NCBI RefSeq assembly: GCF_009914755.1
Contig: NC_060928.1
Origin: the human T2T-CHM13v2.0 reference genome, Homo sapiens
DNA: 64,000 bases
Direction: 5' to 3' (one strand)
Positions 53,850 to 64,000 of this stretch are shown piece after piece. The translations under genes were made by a program, and so were the position numbers. The notes beneath the pieces were generated by a model. That model was not told the DNA's origin. It was given only the letters and a program-made list of their open reading frames with translations, and did no database searches. Position 1 is the first letter of the stretch; the number at the start of each line of letters is the position of its first letter.

Positions 53850-54193
53850 GCCTTAATAATGTAGACTGAGTGGCTTATAAACAGAGGAAATTTATTTCTA
53901 ATAGTTCTGGAGGCTGGGAAGTCCAAGATCAAGTCGCCATCAGATTTGATGTCTGGTGAGGACCCAACTACTGACAATGGGCCGTCTTCTTGCTTTTTTC
54001 TCATATGGGCAAGGGTAAAAGATCTCTCTTGTGTTCCTTTTGTAGATACTAATACTATTCATGAGGGCTCAGCCCTCATGATCTAATTACCCCCAAAGTC
54101 CCCACCTCCTGATACCATCCCCTGGGGGCTTAGGATTTCAACATATAAATTTTGATACAAGTGGGGGAGACACAATTATTCAGTCAATAGCAA
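53850..54193 (-). mobile_element. MLT1A0-like LTR
   Basis: GTTCTGGAGGCTGGGAAGTCCAAGATCAAG...GGATTTCAACATATAAATTTT...CAGTCAATAGCA. Confidence 0.87.
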
Positions 54194-54283
54194 AAGCTCT
54201 GTATTTCATGTCTATAACTCTTGACTTATTACTCCACCTTAGGGCTTCTTTATTGCCTCTGATGTATTAGATGCCAGAGAATG

Positions 54284-54683
<400 letters not shown>

Positions 54684-54721
54684 TTATTTTAGGCTCTGCT
54701 TTTTGGGCCACTCAAGCTGAG

Positions 54722-54960
54722 ACTAGTGGTAACATATTATGCTTAAGATCGCAGATTTTGAAATCAAATAAAGGAACTATTTTCCAGATGTGTAGCTTTT
54801 GAGACTGTTATTCAAATTCTCTGGTCTTCATTTATTACTTAATATATAAAATGAAAATAATAACATTTATTTCATAGAACTTGGCGAGAATGAAGAGGAA
54901 ATTGTGGACAAACCTTCTGGTAACCTACCTGACACATAGTAAGGGCACAATAAATATTAT
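54722..54960 (+). mobile_element. MIR
   Basis: GATTTTGAAATCAAA, TATAAAATGAAAATAATAAC, CCTGACACATAGTAAG...AATAAATATT. Confidence 0.75.
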
Positions 54961-55186
54961 CCAGCTATTTGGTGACCATTAACAATTTCTATTTTGCCAT
55001 TTTTCTGAAAAATGTACAAAATTGTATTTTGGAAGAAAACCTGTAAGCCAAGTGAATCTGAGGATTTTGTTTTTAGGTTTATGCATATGCAATGCAAAGA
55101 ACTATGCTGAGAAAAAATTTGAAGTGGAGAGTGATTTTTAATACTTTGTACATATGTAAAGATAAAAATGTACATGAAATTATTTA

Positions 55187-56313
55187 TTATTTTTTTATTA
55201 TTATACTTAAAGTTCTAGGGTACATGTGCACAACGTGAAGGTTTGTTACATATGTATACATGCGCCATGTTGGTGTGCTGCACTCATTAACTCATCATTT
55301 ACATTAGGTATATCTCCTAATGCTATCCCTCCCCCCTCCCCCCACCCCATGACAGGCCCCGGTTTGTGATGTTCCCCTTCCTGTGTCCATGTGTTCTCAT
55401 TGTTCAATTCCCACCTATGAGTGAGAAATGCGGTGTTTGTTTTTTTGTCCTTGTGATAGTTTGCTGAGAATGATGGTTTCCAGCTTCATCCATGTCCCTA
55501 CAAAGGACATGAACTTATCTTTTTTTTGTGGCTGCATAGTATTCCATGGTGTATATGTGCCACATTTTCTTAATCCGGTCTATCATTGATGGACATTTGG
55601 GTTGGTTCCAAGTCTTCGCTATTGTGAATAGTGCCACAATAAACATACCTGTGCATGTGTCTTTATAGCAGCATGATTTATAATCCTTTGGGTATATACC
55701 CAGTAATGGGACGGCTGGGTCACATGGTATTTCTAGTTCTAGATCCTTGAGGAATCGCCATACTGTCTTCCACAATGGTTGAACTAGTTTACAGTCCCAC
55801 CAACAGTGTAAAAGTGTTCCTATTTCTCCACATCCTCTCCAGCACCTGTTGTTTCCTGACTTTTTAATGATTGCCATTCTAACTGGTGTGAGATGGTATC
55901 TCACTGTGGTTTTGATTTGCATTTCTCTGATGGTCAGTGATGATGAGCATTTATTCATGTGTCTGTTGGCTGCATAAATGTCTTCTTTTGAGAAGTATCC
56001 TTCGCCCACTTTGTAATGAGGTTTTTTGTTTTTTTCTTGTAAATTTGTTTGAGTTCTTTGTAGATTCTGGATATTAGCCCTTTGTCAGATGAGTAGATTG
56101 CAAAAATTTTCTCCCATTCTGCTTCTTTTGCTGTGCAGAAGCTCTTTAGTTTAATTAGATCCTATTTGTCCATTTTGGCTTTTGTTGCCATTGCTTTTGG
56201 TGTTTTAGACATGAAGTCTTTGCCCATGCCTATGTCCTGAATGGTATTGCCTAGGTTTTCTTCTAGGGTTTTTATGGTTGTAGGACTAACATTTAAGTCT
56301 TTAATCCATCTTG
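55187..56313 (-). mobile_element. 5'-truncated L1PA4/5-like LINE (~1.1 kb)
   Basis: ORF 55515-56009 matches the L1 ORF2p Cys-rich C-terminus ([27 protein letters not shown]); TSD AATTATTTA. Confidence 0.96.
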
Positions 56314-56719
56314 AATTATTTAAAAGAAAAAAATGTTTGCCGAATACTTACGTATTTTCAAGTAGTGTTTAGTATTGACCTTATAGTGTTATTGAGATAA
56401 TTTGATAAGAAAATTCATGTAAAACACTAAGCATCATTTCTGTCATATTATAAGTGATCAATACTTATTAATATCATATGTAATGGTTCAGTGAAACTAT
56501 AAATATTGTATTTCTTTTGCTTTTCATCTATTTTGGCATCACTTTGTTGTAAATGGTCTTTAAATTAATATACAAAATTATTTAAAAATCATTAGATTTA
56601 AGTAAATTAAAGCAAAATGATATGTGATGTATAAAGCCGTTACATCATTTTAAGAAACAATCAACATGGAAATAATAAAATGTATACAGATAACCATGTA
56701 CTTTCTACATGTTGTAAAA

Positions 56720-56950
56720 TGTCTTCGTTACCTTTAACTAAGCAGTTACTATATGCCAAGCGTTGTGCTCTGCTCCTCTTTCAGTTCATGCTGAAAATCC
56801 TGACAAACTCTTGAGAAAGGCATTATTCATTACCATTAAATAGCATATTAGGGAACTGAGGTATGAGAAAATGAACGTGTTCAAGAATAAATGATAAGTA
56901 TTTTTACTAGCATGAAACCAAAGCTCTCTGGCTTTAAAGCATGTGTGTTT
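56720..56950 (-). mobile_element. MIR
   Basis: TACTATATGCCAAGC, TTATTCATTACCATT, GGAACTGAGG. Confidence 0.6.
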
Positions 56951-58229
56951 TATCACTATAAATAAATGTTTGTTTTTAGTTTTAAAAGGAGAAGGAAAGA
57001 AAGCAGGAAGGAGAGGGGGGAGAGGGAACAAGCAAGACAAAAGAGAATAGTAAGTTCAGGTGGGTTAGATTCAACTTCTGTCACATAAAGTCAGCATTTT
57101 TCATCTGAAGGTGGCAATCTTTAAACAAGAATCCTTGTAACCTCTATGTGGATGTGATTAGGTTACTTTTTTACTTTAATTGACTGGGAGTTGTATTTTT
57201 ATCAATTTATTGCTATCACAATATTTCCTCTGCCTCTTTGCATTCAGTTTAAATCCATTTATTTATTGGGGTTGGACATGTCAACTTCTATAGATTAATT
57301 TGCCTTCATTAAAATGGCAATTCGGAGTTAATTATAGTAAAATCTCATAGAGATTATAAGACGGAATTTAGAATTATATTTGACTTAAACTATCACTGAA
57401 AATGAAATCTAAATAGTTTCACTAAATGATTACATGGGAATTATATGCAGAAGTTTTGTCGTAACTCAGTCTTAGTAGTGAGGCCTATTGATACAGTGAG
57501 TGTAATATTTGCCCAAAAAGTTTCAACACCATGTTACCCAGGAGCTACTGCAGCCAGAAATATTGAAAATTTTTTATTTTTGTGATACACAATATTATAT
57601 CCTATTTCAGCAGAAACTTATTTTTCTCAACCATTAAAATATGTGCTCTGTATGCCTATAGTTCTTTCTGTAAGGAGAACAAAGACAAAAAAGTCACAGA
57701 ATCCTCAAGTCAGAGAGATAAAAAACTGGAGCAAGACACAACCACAGACAGCATTGTTTCAAAGCCTATTGGTGAGGAAATAAGTATTTCCTTAGAAACA
57801 ATTGATAAATACCTAAATTCAGTACTGCAGTGCAAGCATAAGCAAAGGTAGGGACTTGATATTTAGATCTGTGAAACAAGATGGACACATCATACAAAAA
57901 TGCTATGGGAGAATAGCCATGGTTTCTTTAGTCTTAATAATCAAAGGCGATTACACTGATATCTCAATAAAAAAACTGGATATTCTTACAACCCATTGCA
58001 TATCCTTTAGATTTTGTTGAACTTAAGCATATAAAATAAATAAGAAGTATTATATTTCATCACTTCTAAGAGACACATTTTCCCCCAAGTAAAACTGGCG
58101 TAAAAATTGGAGTAACTATTATAATCTAAGGTACCCTGTCATAATAATTAGCAGTATTGTTTTCTTCCTCCTCCCCCACCCATTTTCTAAGAGATACATT
58201 ACATCTGGGGTGCATTGAAGATGGACAGT

Positions 58230-60250
58230 AAAAAAGCAGGTATTGGAAGCAAGGAGCAACATAAAACAGGCTATTTGGAGAATCCAAGTGACAGATGATT
58301 ATAATTTGAACCAGAGGGTAATAAACATTAACATTCTAGTGATATTTGGTAAGTAACATTTCAAAATGTAGTCAATCCAAATTATTCAAAGATTTAATAT
58401 TTATGAATTTGCCTACTTACTAAATTATTTGTAACCCCAATAGCAATACTTGTGCTGCTTTCATGCACATTCATGTACATGCACAGAGCCAGGAATAATT
58501 TGAGTTGCCCAACATCCATATTCCTAAGTTGAGGTCAAATAAAGTGATGCTACTTTCTTGTTTCAGTGGTTCCACTATAAACAAATCTTTTTATGGTTTA
58601 TTTAGTACCATGGTTTTGCCTTTCATGCTTTTGGTTTGTGATCTTGCTGTTTAAAATGGCCCCAAGCATAGTGCAGAAGTGCTGTCTAGTGCTCACAGGT
58701 GCAAGAAGTCTGTGATGTGCCTTATGGAGAAAACACCTCTGTTACATAAACTTTGCTCAGCCATGACTCATAGTTATATTGGCTGGAAGTTCAATGTTAA
58801 TAAATCAACAGTGCATATTAAATAAAGTGCCTTTAAACAGAAACCCCCATAAAACAAAGTTATATATTGATCAGTAAACAGAAAAGCTATAACCAAAGGC
58901 TTGCAGAAACTCTCTTCTCCATGTCGGAGCAATGGTTTAGTATTTCCTAACTCAGTGTTTTTGTTAACTTCGTAGAACACATTATCCTGAATAACAAGCA
59001 TTGATTGCGTTCTCACTTCTTATGGAGTGCGAAAGAAAGAGAAAGAAAATAATTTCTCCGAGCTTTTTGCACTAGTCCACTGAAATGATTGAACTGTCAT
59101 CCATGGTTATAAAGAGTAATGTGGATGAAGCTGGTTTCAGAATGAACAAGAATTTAGTTTTTGTCGTGTTGTGCTACAAATGTCTATCACATGACCAATA
59201 GGACGTGGCAATAAGAAAGTCATATAAACAAATAGGAGTTTGAGATGGAGAGTAATTGGCTGGAGTTATCTATTGCTGATTCATCACCATACAGAATGTA
59301 ATGCAATCACTGAATCTGGGTAAAATAACAACAACAAAAAAATTAGTGTAGTCCAACGCGAGTCAAGGACTAAGTTTTGCATTGTTACGTTAACTTACGC
59401 TTTGTAACAGTAGTCAGATTGAAAAGAAGATATAATCAAAAGAGACTAAACTGGAGCAATTACCGAGAAGGAATTAAAACAGAGTTTGATGTCCTAGAAT
59501 ACAAGTTAAATATATATGTGTACATATACACATACACATACACATGCATATCAAGGATGAGAAAATAAGTCACTGCTGTGAATTAAGTAAAAAAAAATGA
59601 TGACATATAATTACTTGCTGGATTTAGCAACTTTAAGGTCATTGCTAATCTAGTAAACCCTGATTGGAATGCACTGAAGAGAGACTAGAATAGGAATTAG
59701 AAATAACTCTCTTGAGAATTTTACAATGAAAAGAGGAAAGAAGAATATAACTACAGAGTAAAAGGGGTCAAAGAAGTGTCTTTCATGTGTATTGTTTTTA
59801 ACACAGGCAATAAAAACATGTTTGCATACTGATGGGAAACATTCAACAAAATTACAGAAAAAAGTAATGAATCAGAAAATAAAGAGAGGTTTGCTGAAGC
59901 AATGTCTTTAAGTAAATGAATAAAGATGGAACTTAGCAAGCATGTATGTGGGGGAACCGAATTTAGATGGAAGCATCAGAATGATCAGTGATAGATGCAA
60001 AGATAGGATTTGTAATCCTTAATGAGGTTCATGGACATATATTTAAAATTAAATATGAAATATAAATTTAAGTTAAGAGTTAAGTTTGCTTTATGCATTT
60101 TTCCACCTACATGTAAGGACATAGGTGCAAATTTGGAGTAGGCAGTGTTGAATCAAACCAGGGTTGTGGTTTTGTCAAGAGAGGGTGGGGATGTTAAAGA
60201 AGAAAGAAGAATTGAGGGATATGTAAAGTAGTAATTATGAAGGAACCAAA
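58230..60250 (-). mobile_element. L2 fragments, interrupted by MER82
   Basis: GGAAGCAAGGAG...GGCTATT...AATCCAAGTGACAGATGAT; GGATTTAGCAACTTTAAGGTCATTG. Confidence 0.6.
58369..59007 (+). mobile_element. MER82 (TcMar-Tigger) fossil
   Basis: TAGTCAATCCAAATTATTC...GAATTTGCCTACTTACTAAA...GCTGTTTAAAATGGCCCCAAGCATAGTGC...GAATAACAAGCATTGATTG. Confidence 0.85.
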
Positions 60251-60289
60251 CATCATTGCCTGAGATAACTTAAAAATAGACTTTTGAAC

Positions 60290-60770
60290 ATCACAACTGT
60301 GGGGAGTGTGGACTCAAAGCAGGACAAGGTATGGAGAGAAGCAGACACTAAGTTAGGAAAGAATGGTTAGGATATTTAAAGCAGTGCATTCCTGAGTTGT
60401 ACACAGCTCTCTGAGACTGTGTGGCCAGCTTGGGAGTGATCCCTGCAACTCTGAACGGTCTTTACAGTAAGTGAGCAGAATTTAACTCTTCTCTCCTTAT
60501 TCTCAGTGGTCAATTTTGTTCCACAGAGTGAGCACTAAGTCCCTGAGTTTATTGAGTTGTGTTACCTGGCCTTTCTGGTAACCTGTGAGGAAGTCTGATC
60601 CCTCAAAACACAGAGCTTCAGGTGAGCCTGTGATTGAAGGCAGAAATTCTGTCATTTCTACATGGATTTGGCTGGGCTACACAGGACCCTGGATCTGCTG
60701 CTTTCTAATGTTTTATGCAACAGAGCCCATGATGAACTGGTACATTAATAGCAAAAGAAGTGAAGATTGA
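60290..60770. mobile_element. Probable old ERVL-type LTR remnant, family unassigned
   Basis: GC-richer island with LTR-like composition (GAAGCAGACACTAAG); weak support. Confidence 0.3.
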
Positions 60771-61179
60771 TATAACCCAGTGTACATCCTTTAGATTTTG
60801 TTCTCTTTAAGTATACAAAATGAACAGAATATATTAGATTTTAACAATTCAAGTGTAGGAAACTGCAGAAATGTGAATATGTGACTACAGGTGGATACCC
60901 TGAAATTGCCAAAATTGCCAAGCAAAATTCCAACCTTTGATCAGATACATATTAATTTAAATAAAGAATTCTTAATAAGTTAAGGAATATGTGGAGTAAA
61001 AATGAACTCAGAATTAGTCTTGGTTTAGGCATAATTCTTAATTGTTCAGTGGAATTCTCTGGACCTGCTTTTGCCTTCCGAAGACTGCAGATGTTCTTGG
61101 CTATACTGTACATAAAACAATAAAACCAACCAACCAACAAAAAATGACATAAAATTTAAAAATCCCCAAAACAAAATCT

Positions 61180-61820
61180 ATGAAAGAAAAATAAAAACTA
61201 GAGAACAAATAAAGGAAACTATCCAAAAAAGTAGTATTGAACGAATGCAAATTAAACAAGATATCATTTTGGCTTTACTCTAAAATTTGCAGACACAGAA
61301 ATTATAATATCAGTTTCAATTTATGTAAAGTATGTTGTAAATTGACCCAATGTTTGCAAGATAAATTGTATTATATGTATCAAAAACCTTAAGTTGTTTG
61401 TAAGGAAATATTGGGTACATTTGCAATATTTTTGCAGAATATAACTTCATGAATTTTTAATTTAACTGACCTAAATTACAAATGTCCAAAAATATTGTTT
61501 GAGTTGTCAAAAATAGGAAAAAAGAAGAAAATACTTAAAGCACATTTTAAATGATATTGTAAAGATAATTCAAATGTGAAACTTGAGCAAGTATTTGAAA
61601 ATCAAATACAATTAAAAATCAAATATTTAAAGAGAAAATACTTCAATATTTCTCTCAGATTTTTAAGAGAAAAATATAGAGGCAAAAGTGACGAGAGGAC
61701 AGAAGGCTAGGGATTTACAAACATATAACTACTAAGCAATCTATGAAGGGAAACAAAATTAGGCATAAGAAAAGAATTAGATAAATAGACAAAATGCATG
61801 ATATTTTCTATTTCCTATTT
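61180..61820 (+). mobile_element. Very decayed L1ME-like fragment
   Basis: AATGCAAATTAAACAAGATATCATTTT and A-rich bias. Confidence 0.4.
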
Positions 61821-62460
61821 TGTTAGGCATGGTGACAATGGCCCTGCAGCAGACATCTCTAGCAATAGCATGAAATCACTGATGAGAACTGATACTCAGA
61901 AAAAACTTTAAGGTTTAAATAAATTGCATAGTTTGCTGCCAAGATGTGTTCAGCCATGATTTTCTTTTGTTCTAAACACTCAGAGATTGAATAAATACGT
62001 TTTCTGTGGAAAGAAGAGATGACTAGACAGTTGACCATCATTCAGTTCGATTTGGAATAACCTATTTTTTATTATTTCTAATAAGCAATAATATTTACTT
62101 TTAATAAAGAACATTTTGAACATTACAGCTTTTCTTCACAGTCACAATTTCTTTTATCAAACAAATAATGAATAGTCTAATATAGAAGGTTCCCTCAAGA
62201 GAAAGCTAAAGGAAAGTGGTAGATTATGTCAACATAATACGACTTTTTTAAAGAATTAGGAATAAACAATTCTATCCATGAATAATATGATGATTTTAAC
62301 CTGAAACTAAATGTTTTATAGCGTTAAATATGCAAGTATTAATGCCAAAACAATGTAGAAATTCCACATTAATTTTAATCCTCTATTGTAATTTGCAGCA
62401 GACCAAATAAAAGATATATTTTTATGATGATCTCATGCTGCATAATCATTACAGACATTC

Positions 62461-62518
62461 AAAACTAAGTAATAAACTAAGTAATAAAATAAACTAAGTC
62501 ATAACAAGTAATAAAACA
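62461..62518. repeat. Short degenerate tandem repeat of AAACTAAGTAAT
   Basis: Three to four copies. Confidence 0.7.
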
Positions 62519-63518
62519 TTAATTAATATTCCAGTATTAATTTGATAAACATTTTTGAGTTCTTCAGATTGATTTATATATGTTAGTCAAACAGCTGATA
62601 TATAATTTTTACATACTTGGAAGGACACACATAATTTAATTCACTTAGATTTGCATGTTATATGAAAAGTAAACAAGGCTCCTATTAGTTGGTATTTTTG
62701 AGGTTTTATATTAAATTGGCTATCATGGGATTTTAATATGTAGCCAAATATATTCAAAATCTTACTGAATATAACAAGTACACTGCTCTTTTAATTCTTC
62801 ATGCTGTAATGTATGTTTGCGCGAGATTGGAACTCCTTTTTCCTCATTTATTTAAGATTGTTTAAGACATTGGCATTGACTGTAACACCTGGCTGTTAGA
62901 GGTCTTTCCAATTTTATGGGTTCTCTTGGAGTTTGTGTGATTTTCAGAAAGGAGAGAAAGGAGTGGCACCATTAATATTATGTAGTGAGTTTCCCAATAC
63001 CTTAGAGAAAAGTAAAATTGTAGTTATATTGAATTTGCTTTAAGAAAGTGAGATAATTGAAAGTTTTTCTAAATTTGAATTTTTAGGTTATGATAGCTGC
63101 CTGCTACATAGTTATTATTGCTGTTTTTCATATTAAATTATCTTACATACATTTGTCATGTGACATATTTCCACTTTATTTTCTGTGTTTCCAAATCACT
63201 AAATTATTATTCTGTTTTCAAAGCCTTGTATCATGAATAAATAAAGACATTTTATTATCTCCCCATATCAAAATCCCTCCTGCACCCCACTCTTACCTTG
63301 CAACGACATAATATTTTCAAATATTAGGGATTTTACATTAGTTTCCAAGACGTGAAATATTGTGCCAGAATCCCAAACAGCTGAAAAGCACCAAAACATA
63401 AACATAAACACCGTCTAACATAAGTAGAAATGTACAAGTTACAGATGGAGTATTTCCGTACTTATGTCGAACTTATTTGATACTTTTGATTTTTCTTTTC
63501 TTTCTCTTGAGACTACAC

Positions 63519-63604
63519 AGAAGGAATAAGATAGAAGGAATAAGATGTAACAGATACAAGGAATAAGATGTAACTTTAACTAGATAGAAGAATAAGATGT
63601 AACA
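63519..63604. repeat. Short tandem repeat of GAATAAGAT(GTAAC)
   Basis: Four GAATAAGAT copies with variable spacers. Confidence 0.8.
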
Positions 63605-64000
63605 AATTGACATGGAAAATTCATATAGATCAGACACAAATTTTCAGCTATGTCCTAAATAATTACATTTGCAATTAAAAAAATTAACTCTTGGAAGAAC
63701 TAAATATTACAGCTTTAATAATACCATTTTTTAATGCTGCATCAACACTAGAAAGAGACCATTGTGTGTTATAGGCATTGTCAATGACTAAGTAAATAAT
63801 TAAATACAATTAAAATGCCAAAAGCACAAAGCCAGTGGTCTATCTTAGAAGTGTTAGTTATAATTAATTAGGTTTTGTTAACTTTTAAAAATGGGAGTAA
63901 AATAGAAAGAAAATACATTTAGAAAAGTTTGCTGAGTATTTGGATTCCTAAAGACAGCAAAACAATGACAGATTGAAATCCGAGTTACGGATTTCCACTA

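Noticed and set aside
55515-56009. 164-aa ORF with CCHC-like motif
   Set aside because: C-terminus of L1 ORF2p in a 5'-truncated LINE, not a host gene
57611-57848. Possible exon (TTTCAG acceptor, open frame, AAG/GTAGGG donor)
   Set aside because: No recognisable protein; adjacent to and probably part of L2 decay; chance splice motifs are common. RNA-seq junction reads would be needed

Overview
AT-rich, CpG-depleted primate (most likely human) intergenic or deep-intronic DNA. I find no credible protein-coding exon, RNA gene or CRISPR array. The ORF track mostly reflects repeats: Alu, L1, MaLR, LTR12, MER52 and a GAA tract. Main content: (1) a decayed ERVL provirus (LTR16C-like LTR plus gag/pro/pol, ~5.6-11.4 kb) with nested Alu, a solo LTR12 and MLT1B; (2) a nested L1 complex at ~20.3-29.5 kb containing AluY, MLT1 and a truncated MER52; (3) several solo THE1/MLT1/MLT2 LTRs with target-site duplications (TSDs); (4) a two-LTR THE1D-like element (51.1-53.4 kb); (5) DNA-transposon fossils (Charlie1, MER58A, MER20, MER82), MIR/L2 and microsatellites. 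I cannot support a new biological system here. The most unusual signals are structural: a circularly permuted L1 ORF2 fragment, a ~390-bp direct duplication 9.45 kb apart ending in a conserved hairpin, an inverted local copy of a Charlie1 segment, palindromic filler at an Alu junction, a G-tailed AluY and a (GAA)24 tract. Subfamily names come from my recollection of consensus sequences, not from a search, and should be confirmed with RepeatMasker/Dfam.
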